Shown piece by piece: positions 39,839 through 53,905 of a stretch of 64,000 bases of DNA. Under the pieces are notes generated by a model. It had not been told where the DNA came from. It ran no database searches and saw only the letters and a program-made list of their open reading frames with translations. This DNA comes from Octopus vulgaris. Its lineage: Eukaryota. Positions within the stretch are counted from its first letter, which is position 1, and every line of letters starts with the position of its first letter. The stretch covers positions 48,050,001-48,114,000 of the forward strand of contig OX597826.1 of the NCBI GenBank assembly GCA_951406725.2, in the 5' to 3' direction. The translations under genes and the position numbers were made by a program.

Positions 39839-40213
39839 ATATCAATGCTCCATAAAAACTATATATAAATACATATCATTGCTATAATGCAAAAGTGTCA
39901 TAAGTCCAAAATGTTGCTCTTTCAGAAAACGACAAATTAGTTTTACCATTCCATAGCAAAACCATTGTACTACACTTTGACAATTTTCGATACCTTGACA
40001 TCTGAAGGAGCTGAAAATACGATAGTTTGACCAAAAGAACCAGCTATTGTAATCAAAAATAAATATTGAAAAAAAAAAACGCATATGGCCAAATTTGGAC
40101 ATAAAACAGTTTGAGGTAATAGCAACAATATGTAAATTTGTCTGAGTATAAGTGTGACTTGGATGTGCACATACATGAGCAAGTGTGTATATTCACTCGG
40201 TATGAGTGTGCTG

Positions 40214-40438
40214 TGAGCTGACAGAAACGTTAGCACGCCGGGCGAAATGCTTAGCGGTATTTCGTCTGCGTTACGTTGTGAGTTCAAATTCCGCCGAGGT
40301 CGACTTTGCCTTTCATTCTTTCGGGGTCGATAAATTAAGTACCAGTTACGCACTGGGGTCGATGTAATCGACTTAATACCTATGTCTGTTCTTGTTTGTC
40401 CCCTCGGTGTTTAGCCCCTTGTGGGTAATAAAGAAATA
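40214..40438 (+). mobile_element. SINE B, full length, young
   Basis: Intact head, core and tail; flanked by the direct repeat GGTATGAGTGTGCTGT, consistent with a target-site duplication. Confidence 0.92.
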
Positions 40439-40883
40439 GGTATGAGTGTGCTGTTACTTTCGACATGAGTTGCAATGTGCACTTTGTTTTTTTATTTAGT
40501 TTAAACATGTTATTTTGCACATGCCAAACTGTACCATTACGCAGAATACATTCAGCCATTAGGTCATACTTATACAATCACTAACACACCGATATACCGT
40601 ACATCACTGAGTGTTTCCATACATACACACATACACTCACACGCAGACACGTACGCACATACATGCATATATATATATATAATACATATACTCACCTACA
40701 TATCAATAAACACATTCACATCTATACATTGACGCTTATACATTTATCTACTCATTTCCATGTACATAGTTATATCTACACAGTTATATCGCTGAAAGTT
40801 CCATCATAAATATACACTCCTATACATACATGAAGGCGTTAAAAACGCATTTAGTGAGATAGAATAATAATAATAATTATAAT

Positions 40884-41315
40884 TTATACACTGTTCCATA
40901 TGGAAAATGCATATTTGGCACGGTGGTTACATCTTGGAATTTTCCCATCATATTTATTCACTAGATTTTTATTACTCAGTAGAATACCCAGTGCTTCCTC
41001 AAGGCAGAGGTCACATTTGTCGGATAGTGAAGTACATGGATGTGCGTTTTTTTTATTTTTGACCATTCTATTTGGTATTTAATCTTTGATTCTTTCAGTC
41101 CCCATATGAGGCCTGCCAGCGAGGTTGTGTGCCGTCTATTTGTTTTTTGGAACGACGAGATGTGGTTTCGATAACGGATTTTCAATTGGTTTTCAATGGC
41201 ACCTATGTACACGTAATTATGTTGAGATGTGTAGATTATGCATTTATACACTATGTTTCTTTGAGCACATTGGTTCAGAAGCGGGCATGCGGATTTTCTA
41301 CGGCATGTGCAGTTA
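40884..41315 (-). pseudogene. Penelope-like GIY-YIG endonuclease relic
   Basis: CTCRRKSACPLLNQCAQRNIVYKCIIYTSQHNYVYIGAIENQLKIRYRNHISSF...SLAGLIWGLK...IEW, frameshift, then KCDLCLEEALGILL...LVNK...RCNHRAK. Confidence 0.85.
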
Positions 41316-41574
41316 ATCGTGTTCTTATTATTCTTATGTTTATCTGGTGGCTTTTTGATTCTGTTTTCATGATGTTCCCGAGGCTTTGCTTAATTGGTAA
41401 TCTGTTTTGTTGGATCTTTTTGGATTATATATTTCAACTACATTGTCGCCGTCTTTTAAGCTATCTGACATTTTGTAGTCTATCTGTTGTTTATTTTGGT
41501 TATTGGTGTTAAATCATGAGCAGTTTTAATTTGTTTGTTCTCTACCAGCAGACGTTGTTTGTATGTTCAATTTC

Positions 41575-42188
41575 CTAGAAGATGAACCTCATCTTGGAAG
41601 ATCTGTAGAGCTCAATGAAGACATCCTGCAAAACCTAGTGGAACAAAATCCCATCGTGACTGTTGAGGAACTAGCAGAGAAGCTTGGATTTGGTCATTCA
41701 ACCATTCATTAGCACTTTGTCATCAGAAATGTCAGCAAATTGAGCCAATAGGTTCCTCACAAACTTTCTGAGTCTAATTACACAGTGAGTGAATGTGTGC
41801 TCTTCTTTGCTGGCATGTCTCAGGAATGAACCTTTTTTGTATAGAATTTTGAACAGGAAACAATGTTTGAATGGGAATTGCTACCCCTCCCACCATATTC
41901 GCCAGACAACCCCATCTGATAATCATTTATTCTATAGTCTTCAAAATCATTTAGACGGAAAAAAATAAGAATTCTGTAGACGAGGTCAGAACAGTACTAG
42001 AGGAATATTTTTTGTCATGGACAAGGGAATTTTAGAAGAGGGACCTTGCAAGTCTACCAGATAGAGGAAAGAGCATTGTAGAAAATGATGGAGAGTATAT
42101 TTCAGATTTAAAAAAAACTTTGTTTATCTTAATTTTGAAAACTAAAAGAAGCATAAAAAAACTGCATTATTTGTGGGATGACCCAATA
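41575..42188 (+). mobile_element. Internally deleted mariner (same family as 5040-5398)
   Basis: LEDEPHLGRSVEL...EELAEKLGFGHSTIH, HPPYSPD-like motif, TIR-like end TTATTTGTGGGATGACCCAATA. Confidence 0.9.
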
Positions 42189-42196
42189 TATATCTA

Positions 42197-42345
42197 TGGC
42201 ATTAGGAAGGGCATCCAACTGTACAAACCATACCAAAGCAGATATTGGAATTTAATGCACTCCTCTGGCCCATCAGATCCAGTGAGACCATCCAGTCCAT
42301 AGCAGTATGGAAAGCAGACATTAGATGATGACAATAATGGTGATA
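42197..42345 (+). mobile_element. RTE LINE 3' tail
   Basis: GGCATTAGGAAGGGCATCCA...ATGGAAAGCAGACATTA(GAT)n. Confidence 0.75.
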
Positions 42346-42657
42346 TATATATGTGGGTATATGCATGTGTATATGTGTGTATTTGTTTGTGCATGTGTCT
42401 GTGTGCATGTGTGCGTGTATGTCTCTGTGTGCATTTGTGTCGACATGTGTGTATTGTAAAGATCTTGTTGATTGGGACTCCAGCTTTTTCATAATAGTAT
42501 ATTCAACCAGCGATTGAATGTCTCAGTCAACTTGAATTTTTCAATAGATTCAATTCTACTCTCACTATTGGGTGACCCCCATCTGTAAGTGTGTTTATAC
42601 TATTCTGAAACTAGCTTTAAAAATAACATCACTTTAATATATACACCCATCCACCCG

Positions 42658-42765
<108 letters not shown>

Positions 42766-42981
42766 TACACACACATGTATATATATATATACACATACAT
42801 ATACACACACAACCATATACATAAAATAGGTGCCTGTGTGCATATGTGCCAGTATCCAAATTTGATATCCAATTTTCTCACAAAAAGCAACAACAAAAAT
42901 ATTTCCAATCTTAAGTGTTTATCAAGTGAAAAAGAGGGAAAACACACCAAAGTACTTATTTTCCTTGTTAATGTCAACAAA

Positions 42982-43028
<47 letters not shown>

Positions 43029-43348
43029 GGGTGCAAAAGAGTTCTTGCGTTGTTTTGATGTAAAGTTCAGGGAATTTAAAATCCATTGATATAGCATGGT
43101 TAAGCGGAATTTAATATTTCAAAAAACCCACCTCGGTACCAGATATTTTGTGACGATATTAGAGACCAATTCCATCAGGTACATCAAACAAGAACGTTAT
43201 CTATGTATTCCAACTTCGCATTCTTAAAAGGGAAAGCTTTTACTTAAGTACACAGACATTTCGCTATAGTTTTAAGTTAATGCATATGTATGTATATATA
43301 TGTGTGTATTTATGACTGTAATGGATGTATATTTGTATTTATTATGTA

Positions 43349-43399
<51 letters not shown>

Positions 43400-43492
43400 T
43401 TATTTATGTATCTATGTATGCAAGTATGGATGTATGTATATAGGTATGTAGGCAAGTATCTAAGTATGGTTGAGTGCTGTTATGTATGTATG

Positions 43493-43526
<34 letters not shown>

Positions 43527-44531
43527 TGTATGTATGTATGTATGTATATGAGTGTATTTATGTATAAATATAAATATATGTATATATATATATATATGTA
43601 TGTATATATATATACATGTAAATATGTATGGCATGTATGTATATGTATGAATGTAAGTATGTATGTGCATGAGTGTGTTATCTTTTTATATATATAACTG
43701 TGTATGTAAGTATGTTCATATTTATGTACATATTTATGTATGATGATAAGTGCACATAGATGTGTATGTATACATTATTTATGCATGTATGTTTGTAAGT
43801 ATATATACATACACACACATATATACTATGTATGTATGTATGTATTATGTATGTATGTATGTATGTATGTATTATGTATGTATGTATGTATGTATGTATG
43901 TATGTATGTATGTATGTATGTATGCTTGTGTACTAGTATTATATTGCATGCATAGAAACAGTGTTATACTAAACACCATCGTAAGGTACATTTAAAAATC
44001 ATTTTAACATATATATGCCATAAAATTTAATGACGATGTATACTATATTTATATATAGGGCAGAACATGAGAATGCAATAGAAAAACAGTGTACATGCAT
44101 TTATTAATATACCATTTAACTGCTTAGACATACATACATACTTGCATGGAGAACAGTTTTGAAACTTGAGGCTTCTCTACCCTGATTATGTATTTACTCT
44201 TATGCTAATAATTATTAGTGCACTTGGTATACAAAATGCCTAAATGATAATCTGGAAAAGCTAAGATTTTGAAGCAAAGAAATGGAGTAATATGTACTTT
44301 AGAGATAGGATTTGTAAGTGGAACTATAAAAGTATGCAAGAATTTTTTTAGTTTTGCATGTGGCAATTATTGTTGTTGATATGCAAATTCTAACCATGGA
44401 GCATTAATTTCTTTGTTTGAAACCAGTCCTCTGTTTCTAGGGAGAATTCTAATAAATAAATAAATAACTAAATAAATAAATAAAAGAAAGTAAAGTTATA
44501 CATGCATATTACATATATATACTTACATATA

Positions 44532-44642
44532 TACAGGGTAGGTCATAATGATGGGACATATTTTAAATGCTAGAATCTTGGAATTTAAAAATGACATAGA
44601 GTATTAATTCAAGATACTAGCATTTAAAATGTGTCCCCTGTA
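44532..44642. mobile_element. Small Tc1/mariner-type MITE
   Basis: TA-CAGGG...CCCTG-TA ends; internal inverted GGGACATATTTTAAATGCTAG / CTAGCATTTAAAATGTGTCCC. Confidence 0.6.
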
Positions 44643-44650
44643 TATGTATA

Positions 44651-46390
44651 TCATCATCATCATCATTTAATGTATGCCGTCTATGCTGGCATGGGTTAGA
44701 TGGTTTGATCAGGACTGACAAGCTGGAAGGCTGCACCAGACTCCAGTCTGATTTGGCATGGTTTCTATGGATGGATGCCCTTCCTAATGTCAACCACTCT
44801 GAGAGTGTAATGGGTGCTTTTACACGTCACCAGCATGGGTGCCATTTGTGTGACACCAGTATCTGCCACAACTGTGATTTTGCTTGGCTTGGTGGGTTGT
44901 CTTCTCAAGCATGACAAAATGCCAAAGGTCTCAGTCATTACCTCCGCGAGGCCTAACACTTGAAAGGTACTTTTTAATGCCACAGGCATGGGTGCCAGTT
45001 ACATGACACCAGCAACAGCCACAACTACAATTTCACATGGCTTGATGGGTCATCTCAAGCACAGCATATCACCAAAGGTTTCAGTCACTTGTCATTGCCT
45101 CTGTGAGGCTCAAAGTTCGAAGATCATGCTTCACCACCTCATCCCATGCCTTGCTGGGTCTCTCTAACACAGGTTCCCTCCACAGTTAGAGATCAGCACT
45201 TCTTTACACAGCTGTCGTTGTCCATACACATCACATGACCATACCAGTGCAGTCTACTCTCTTGCACACCACATCTGATGCTTCTTATACCTAATTTTTC
45301 TCTCAAGATGCTTACACTCTGTCAAACATTCACATTGGCATTGCATACTGGCTTAATTTCTTTCAAGCCTACACATGTCCTCAGCTATCACAGCCCATGT
45401 TTCACTGGTATGTAGCTATGCTACATAGCATCATACAGTCTGCCTTTTACTCAGAGGGAGAGGCCCTTTGTTGCCAGTAGAGGTAGAAGCTCTCTGAATT
45501 TTGCCCAGCCTATTCTTATTCTCATAGCTATGCTCTCAGAGCATCCAACTCCGCTACTAACTTGGTTACCTAGATAACAAAAGCTACTACTACCTCTAAC
45601 TAATCCTACCAGCAGTTGATGATGTCTATTTTCTGTACAATTGTGGTGTTTATTGTACCTGTGCATCTTCCACATACAAAAGCTAGTTTCCCTGTTAACC
45701 TTCCTCTGATATTGCTGCACCTTTTATGTGTCCAGAGCCTACATCTTATAGAGTTTCTACCTATGCCTTTTCTACAGATCTAGCAGGGCCATCTACCTGA
45801 AAAGATTTGTAATTAGTCTGCCTTCTTACTTACTAAGGCTTTGGTTTTTGCTAGGTTAACTCTAAGGCCCTTCGATTCTAGACCTTCCTTCCATAACTGG
45901 TTCTTCTCTTCTTCTGGCAGGGATTCAGCTATAAGAGCAAGGTCATCGGCATAAAAGAGCTCCCAAGGGCAACCTGTCTTAAATTCCTCTGTTATTGCCT
46001 GGAGGACTATGATGAACAAGAGGGAGTTGAGGATCAATCCTGAGTGAACCCCTTGGTGAACTGTACTCATTGTCAACCCTCACCCTACTTGTAGCGTTCC
46101 TGTACAAGGCTTGTACAGCTCAACCAACCACTTGTCTATCCCTAGTTTCCACTTTGACCACCAGATAAGGGATCAAGAGACCCTGTCAAAAGCTTTCTCC
46201 AAGACAACAAAAGTCAGGGACAGAGGTTTATCTTGGCTAGGTATTTCACCTGCAGCTACCTTGCCAGAAATATAACATCAGTGGTGCATCTCCCTGGTGC
46301 AAAATCAAACTGCATCTCATCTCGACTAACTCTCTCCCTAATTAGCTGGGCTATGACCCTCTCCATAATTTTCATCACCTGATCCAACAA
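44651..46390 (-). mobile_element. RTE-clade LINE, 5' truncated and decayed
   Basis: RT motifs LLFIIVLQAITEEFKTGCPWELFYADDLALIAES...GLRVNLAKTK and FCYLGNQVSSGVGCSESIAMRIRIGWAKFRELLPLL; (GAT)n 3' tail at 44651. Confidence 0.92.
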
Positions 46391-47659
46391 TTATATATAT
46401 ATACACACACATCCTAAATGGCAGAGTTGTGATTGTGACAAATGGGATTGTTTGCAGTATTTGCATTCCAAACCTGCCAAGTTTAACTTTGTCTTACATT
46501 CTCTTGAGGTCGATAAGATATAGCACCAGTCCAAATACTAGCATCAATGGTATTGTCTAACACCTTCCTCTCAAAATTACTTATCTCATGGTGAAATCTG
46601 AAGCCATTAATATTATTGTTATAGCAACAATAATAGATATTAACCATGTAAAGTGCAAGAAACAGGGTAAGTTTCCAAAACTCTAATAACTAAATGTTTC
46701 ATACAAGACATTTGCATACATCATGAAAAGTGTCTGACTTTATAAACAAAGGGCCCAAGGCTGGATCAAAGATATGAAGTTGTTTACATTAGTCCCTCAA
46801 ACACACACACACAAAAAATAATTAATAAATGAAGTGGTAAAAGAAAAGCAAGAGATAGAAAAAGACTGTACTTCAGGTGAAAAGAGATGATAAAGAATGA
46901 AGTTAAAGGCATCCTGTTTTAGAGTGAATTCCAACAGGGTTAGAGTAAAATCACAGACGTGGAAGCTGAATGCCCTTTAGGGAGCAAGGGACACAGCAGT
47001 AAGTACAGTTCTGATTCAGTTCCTACATTGTTTCTAGATTTCGTTACAATAAACAAGATACAGCATAAATTGTGCATGCACATGTGTGTGTGTGTGTGTG
47101 TATCTGTGTGTACGTATGTATTTGTCTGTGTGTGGTTGCATGTCGGGAGTGGTAAAGATAAGTAACATTTCGATCTGTCTCGCAGATAAAACAAAGGGAA
47201 GGAAAACGTAGATCTAAATCAAGATGGTATTTTACGTGTTTTCTTGTTCTTTACAGCGAATTAAGAAACTTTTCGAGTCCCTTCTTAGTCCCTCACATTT
47301 TTGTCTTCTTCTTTCATATTTATCAATACTTATTATATTTTCATTTGTTTTTTTTACTTTTAGACTTTTAGTTTATATTATTATTATATTATACGATATT
47401 ATGTTATGTTCTCTTATGTTATTTATTTATAGTTATTTAGTTCTCCATGGAAATATTTCACCATTTATGCATCGAGGCAAGTTTTGCAGAAAAAAACAAC
47501 AGCCAGTTTCTTTCTCTCATTCTCACCACCACCACATCCTGCATCACATTTTTTCTTTAGCCCCATTTTTTCATTATTATGCATTATTTTTATTATTTTT
47601 ATTGTTGTTCTTATACTTATTGTTCTTTGCTTCTTATGATATTTATATATCTATATTTA

Positions 47660-47672
47660 CCTATTATTATTA

Positions 47673-47731
<59 letters not shown>

Positions 47732-47737
47732 GTTATT

Positions 47738-47768
<31 letters not shown>

Positions 47769-47867
47769 CTATTATTGTTATTGTTATTATTATTATCATC
47801 ATCATCATCATCTTCAGCGTCATTATCATGAGTGTCAGTATTATCATCATCATCATCATCATCATCA

Positions 47868-47920
<53 letters not shown>

Positions 47921-47937
47921 GTTATTATTATTATTAG
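47660..47937. repeat. (TAT)n/(CAT)n microsatellite
   Basis: Direct inspection. Confidence 0.95.
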
Positions 47938-48469
47938 TATGTATATTTTGTGGGTATTATTATTTGCTTCTTAGAATCTTTTGAAATGAAACATAAGAAC
48001 TGCGAATGTCTTTATATCCTTATATATCTTGAATTTCCCAGAAAGAATATAATTACAGGGGTCCATGCATTCTTTACCATTTTTTCCTTTTCTTTTTTAT
48101 ATTTCTTCTATGATGATTTTGGCACAGTCTCGTCAGATTGTTAGTGAATAAGAATAAGAATATAGCCGTTACTTGCAGGAGGGTAAGGGAGAGATATCTG
48201 GTCAGTTTCTTTATTTGTACATACTTCCCACTTTCCCACAGAGTTTATAACATTTTTCTCAAAGAAATGTCTGCAAAATTCTTAATTCTGTTTTGCTCAT
48301 TTTTTTTTTTTTTGCTTTTGTTTTTGTTTATTGTGCAATTGGTCTTTTGTTGGAACTAAACAGAAAGCTACATAAGAACAAGAAAGGTAATAAATTCATA
48401 TTTAGAAAATCACAATTTGAAGAAGTTTTGCATTACAGTATCATTGATCTAAGTTTTCATGTTCAATTT

Positions 48470-49280
48470 TTGCTAACCAGATGACCTAATTAGCAGTGGA
48501 GGAGATTGTACAGAATGTGAGATTGCTAGAATAAGAATAGAATGGAGAGAGTTCAGAGAGCTTTTACCTCTTTTGGTGATCAAAAGTCTTTCTCTCTGAG
48601 TGAAGGGAAGATTATACGATGCATGTGTATGAGCTACGATACTGCATGGTAGTGAGACATGGGCCCTGAATATGGGGGACATGTAAAGAAGGCTGGAGAG
48701 GAATGAAGCTGGTGTGCTCTGCTGGATGTGCAAGATCAGTGTGCATGTGCAACACAGCACTGGTATATTGAGGGAGAAGTTGGGCATAAGAGGAATTATT
48801 TACAGTGTGTAAGAGAGGAGACTGCACTGGTGTGATCATGTGATGTGGATGGGTAAGGACGGTTGCAAATGGAAGGATGTTGTGGAAGAAGGAGACCCAG
48901 GAAGATATGGGACAAAGTATTGAAGGCCAGTCTCAGAACACTGAATCTTACAAAGGAGATGACAGAGATCTGAGACATGTGGCATACTGCTGTACTTGAG
49001 AAGACCCACCCACCACAACAGAATTGAGATCCTAAAAGCAAGGTACCTCGTAAAAAGTGCTATGTGGGTGCTAGTACCATATAAAAAGCACTGGTGCTGG
49101 TACCACATAAAAAGCACCCAGTACATTCTGTGGAGTGGTTGGTATTAGGAAATGCATCAAGCCTTAGAAACCATGCCAGAAAAGACAATGGAGTCTGGAG
49201 CAGCCCCTGACCTTGCCAGTTCCTATCAAGTTATCCAACACATGACAGCATGGAAAACAGGGGTTAAATGATGATGGTGA
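48470..49280 (+). mobile_element. RTE-clade LINE 3' part
   Basis: Homologous to the reverse complement of 44651-45610 (LHGSETWAL motif, 3' UTR, GAT tail). Confidence 0.85.
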
Positions 49281-49359
49281 TTATTAGTTAATTTTTTTCT
49301 ATACTCTTTTTCTGGGAAGAGGTCAATACAGAGTATCTTTTATCTCCTTTCAGCAACAG

Positions 49360-49770
49360 GGTGGTGGCCATGCTTGGGCACCACCTCGAAGAATTTTAGT
49401 CAAACTGATCGACCCTGGTACTTATTTTGTTTTTAAGCCTAGTCCTTATTATTTCGGTCTCGTTTGCTGAACTGCAAAGTTACAGAGATATAAAGAAACT
49501 AACATCAGTTGTCAAGTATTGGTGGGGGGCAAACACAGAAGCAAAGACAACTAGACACACATATACACGCACACACATACACACACATGTACACATATGT
49601 ATATAGACAACAGGCTTCTTTCAGTTTCCATCAAACAAATCTACTCACAAGGTTTTGGTTGACCTGAAGCTACGGTAGAAGACACTTGCCCAAGGTGTAG
49701 CACAGTGGGAGAGAACCTGGAAATATGTGGTTGGGAAGCAAACTTCTTACCACACAGCCACACCTGTGCC
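49360..49770 (-). mobile_element. SINE A, diverged
   Basis: Reverse-complement similarity. Confidence 0.8.
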
Positions 49771-49844
49771 TATATTAAAAGAAAAACAAAATATTAGGTT
49801 TATAAACTGAAAACAATCTAATCAAAGTGAACTATGGCTAAGGT

Positions 49845-50114
49845 CAGTTACCACCATATAAAGGTACATCAGTTACCACCATGAAAAGGTACATCAGAGT
49901 ACTTCCATCTATAGCATGATAGGGTACCTCCATCTAAGATACAGTAGAATACCCCAGTCAGTGATATGGCAGAGTACCTCTAGTTAAAGTACAAAAGGGT
50001 GCTTCCATATAAGGAACAATAAAATAGCTCTGTTTGTGATATGATAGAGTAACTCTAGTTAAAGTGCAGAAGGGTACCTTGATATAAGGTATATCAGGGT
50101 ACCTTCATCTATAG
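49845..50114. repeat. Degenerate ~25-bp minisatellite
   Basis: About 11 units resembling CAGRGTACCTCCATATAAGGTACA. Confidence 0.65.
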
Positions 50115-50309
50115 CAGTGGTTCCCAACCTTTGTTATGCCCCACACCCCTAAAATCTTTTAATATGTTCTTGCACTCTTTATATAAGAATAAAGGTTCCT
50201 GAGGCAATTACCCCGTTTTGACCCCTTATAGATCCAGCCCTGCACACACACCCTGGAATGCTATCTCACACTCATTACAGGTGCGAGCACCCCTGATGGA
50301 GAAACCCTG
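50115..50309. mobile_element. hAT-type MITE
   Basis: CAGTGGTTCCCAA / GGAGAAACCCTG termini and an 8-bp TSD ATCTATAG / ATCTACAG. Confidence 0.7.
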
Positions 50310-50379
50310 ATCTACAGTATAGATTATTACATCAAGCCATTGCTGATATGAGACAAGGTCTCTGATAGACTGGAACACC

Positions 50380-50910
50380 TCTACCTTCGAATGTTGGGCC
50401 TCACAGAGGCAATGACGAGATATGCTGTTACTGCGAAGACCTGACAAATGAAGTGAGTTCATGGCTTGCAGGACGACCTGCTATGCTTACCTTGGATCGT
50501 AGGGTGACCTGCTGTGCTTGAGGAGACCTATTGAGTCAAGTAAATCAACAACAAAATAAAAATCAAATGGAAATTGTAGTGATACCCGTGCTGGTGGCAC
50601 GTAAAAAGCACCATTGGAACGTAGCCAATGCTAGTGTCGCTTTTGACTGTCGTCTGTGCCAGTAGCACATGAAAAGCATCAACCAATTGTGACTTTGCCA
50701 GCCTCCTCTGGTCCCTGTACCGGTGGCACGTAAAAAGCACCCACTACACTCGCGAAGTGGTTAGCGTTAGGAAAGGCATCAAGCAGTAGAAACACTGTCA
50801 GATCACACTGGAGCCTGGTGCAGCCTCCTGGCTTCCCAGACCCCGGTCGAACCATCCAAACCATGCTAGCATGGAAAACGGACGTTAAACGATGATGATG
50901 ATGATGATGA
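50380..50910 (+). mobile_element. RTE LINE 3' UTR and tail
   Basis: Repeated GGCACGTAAAAAGCAC units, ...GCATGGAAAACGGACGTTAAAC(GAT)n. Confidence 0.8.
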
Positions 50911-51000
50911 ATATGATATTTAGCATCTAATAAACTGCTTGTACTGTGAGTACTACAATATCACAGCTCTTATTTTGACCACTTGTACTCAGTCAGAGTG

Positions 51001-51240
51001 GAGGCACATGGCTTAGTAGTTAGGATGCTGGACTCATGATCGTAAGATTGTGCTTTCAGTTTCAGGACCAGGTGACACATTGTGTTCTTGACCAAAACCC
51101 TTCATTTCACCTTGCTCCAGTCCACTCAGCTGGCAAAAATGATTATTCCTGCAACAGACCAGTGTCCCATCCAGGTACGGATTATGTACACAATGAAACT
51201 GAGAAACCAGCCCTTATGAGCTGGCATTCCTTGAGAAGGT
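51001..51240 (+). mobile_element. Diverged tRNA-derived SINE
   Basis: GGCACATGGCTTAGTAGTTAGG head; body resembles the type-2 body (GACCAGTGTCCCATCCAGG). Confidence 0.6.
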
Positions 51241-52019
51241 AACTTTACTTTACTTGTACTCAAAGAATTAAAGGATTTCTTAATGACATGAACCTCTACT
51301 GCTGTATGCTCATCAAAATTTAGTCCTTCAAAAACCCAAGATTTCAACATTAGATATAAACTTAGGTAATTCATTCTTCATTGATTATTTCCAAAGACTG
51401 CAGGGGTAAATAAGTGTAAAGGAAATATATAATGAACAAACTATAGAATTAGAGGAAACTGGTGTCAGTCTACATTGATAAGAAATGCTTTGCAAAAATT
51501 AATGAAATAATAATATAAGTTGTTGTTTTGAGAGAAGAGGTGAATTTTGACATTCCAGGCAGGAAATCTCCTGACAGTCTTACATTATTATGCATGAAAT
51601 GACAGTAGTTACTGGAACATGTCTAATATAAGAGTGATTTTTTTTTCTTTCCCATGACTTAATTTTAAAGATTAACTCTAATTTAAAGTATTAATTACTT
51701 GTGGCATTACTAGATTGTTGAAATGTTATTACTATTTTTGAGTACCTTACCCTTCTCAGCTTGAATAAGAATATGGTAAATCGGTAGTCAATTAAAGAAT
51801 CATTACATCAGCCTTTCTTGCTTTTGAACATTTTATATTTCTTGAGATACATACTATCTTAAGACACAGAACCTGAGAAATGTGGTCTCTATTTTTGAAA
51901 ATAATATCATGTACTTATTTAGTGTCAGTTCATCTCTAATTGAATAAATATATGGTCAAAAAAGCTCCAGCTAGGACTAATCTGTCGGTCTATATATCAA
52001 GGGTACAATTTCTCTTGTT

Positions 52020-52228
52020 TTATCTTTTAATTGATTCAGTCATTGGACTGTGGCCATGCTGGAGCACCACCTTCAGAGATTTTTAGTCAAATGGATCAAC
52101 TTTTGGTTTTGGGCTCAGTACATATTCAAACAGTATATTTCTTCAAACTGCTAAGTAATAAGGACACAAACAAACCAACGCCAGTTTTCAAATAGTGCTG
52201 GGTGACAAACACAAAGACACAGACTCAC

Positions 52229-52291
<63 letters not shown>

Positions 52292-52582
52292 ATTATATAT
52301 ATACACATATATATCTATATATATATAATATAATGTAAGGCGCTAAAAGAGGATGACTCTCCTCACACACAACATAATATAATATAGATGTATATATAAT
52401 ATATGATACACACACGCACACACACATGACAGGCTTCTTTCAGTTTCCATCTACCAAATCCACTCAGAATGATTTGGTTTAGTCCAAGGCTATAGTAGAA
52501 TACACTTGCCTAAGGTACCATGCAGTGGAACTGAACCCAGAACCATGTGGTTGGGAAGTAAACCTCTTACCATCCAGTCACA
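52020..52582 (-). mobile_element. SINE A, diverged, with expanded internal tract
   Basis: Both halves recognisable. Confidence 0.75.
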
Positions 52583-52891
52583 CTTGGTCATCATATTTTA
52601 AATATTAGGGTGTTAGTTGAGGTCATTTTTCTGCTATTTCTAACAACTTGAGCAATTGCACAGAAACTCCTTTGTTGGCTCATGATAAAAGTAATGTAAT
52701 TTGGATCCAACCAGCATCTGAATCAGGGCTGCAGGAATATTTCATTGAAGCAATGAAGTATCTTCATTGTGATCAATCAACCAATTAGATATAACAGCCA
52801 TGCATATTTAAAACTTCACCCTTTCCTCTTCATTGCTATACAATCACTTGTATATAAGAAATCCACTGTGTATAGTTATATATATATATAT

Positions 52892-53047
52892 AGGGGGAGA
52901 ATTCACAAAAAAACAAAAGAGGAAGACAGGTGGTGAAGACCACAAACAGAAGTATTAGTTTAATGCTTGGGAACTGAAAACGTCTATAACGTTTCAAGCC
53001 TACGATCTTCCACTGAAAGGAACACAGAAAGAAACAAGGAAAGAAAA
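52892..53047 (-). mobile_element. Short insert with a decayed variant HHR
   Basis: Minus CTTT-CAGTGGA-AGATCGTAGGCTT-GAAA-CG-TT-ATAG; family of 54256-54428. Confidence 0.6.
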
Positions 53048-53302
53048 TAATTAAATAAATAAATATATGTGTGTGTATGTGTGTATACATGTATATGTAT
53101 ATGTTTATAATTTTTTTAACGAAACACATAGATTGTGTAGAAGTGTTCAATTGAATATTTCTATATATTTTTATATTTCTAATATATAAATATATATTTC
53201 AATTTGGACAATCCTTATTTTATCTTAACTAAACCCGTATATTTATGTGTTAATCGTAATCTGCCTTATTTGAGCTTTTTCCATTCTGTCCACTATATTC
53301 AT

Positions 53303-53369
<67 letters not shown>

Positions 53370-53370
<1 letters not shown>

Positions 53371-53554
53371 TGTCCTTGCGTTCGAAACGCGGAGTACATG
53401 AAACAGGGACAATTGATGAAGGGGAATATTCTTTATGTTGCATATCTCGTTTCTCTCTTTTTTTTTTCATTGTTTGAAAAAGTTCGTTTTCTATGTTTTT
53501 GATTTTATGTTTCTGTTTCTCATTGTGTTCAACGTTTTTTGATGTCTGTACCCA
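53370..53554 (+). mobile_element. Microsatellite-embedded insert (family of 21426-21610)
   Basis: Shared TTCGAAAC...GGAGTA.ATGAAA...GAAGGGGAA and the CTGTACCCATATATGCATG end. Confidence 0.6.
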
Positions 53555-53564
53555 TATATGCATG

Positions 53565-53607
<43 letters not shown>

Positions 53608-53692
53608 GTAGGTATGTAAATATATGTATGTATATATGCATATATCTATATATTATTTATATTATATTATATCATATTATATATATATATAT

Positions 53693-53861
53693 GTTGCCCG
53701 CTTTGGGATCTTTCTTTCCTCTCTCTTCCTTCTTTATGTTTCCGACGAAGAGCTCCGCTCGAAACGTCATACCCTCCTGCTTCCATATTTCCTGAGCGCC
53801 TATTAATAATAATACTGTAATTGTTCCATTGTTGTTGTTTTTTTGTTTTCCCGTTTGGATT

Positions 53862-53869
<8 letters not shown>
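53693..53869 (+). mobile_element. Short insert with a variant HHR, in (TA)n
   Basis: GTTT-CCGACGA-AGAGCTCCGCTC-GAAA-CG-TC-ATAC at 53738-53772. Confidence 0.7.

Positions 53870-53892
<23 letters not shown>

Positions 53893-53905
<13 letters not shown>

Noticed and set aside
40770-40830. Expected HHR downstream of the GIY-YIG relic
   Set aside because: Only a vague remnant (ATGATGG...GATATA); not supportable
49845-50114. CRISPR-like periodic repeat
   Set aside because: Units are contiguous without unique spacers, the context is eukaryotic and there are no cas genes
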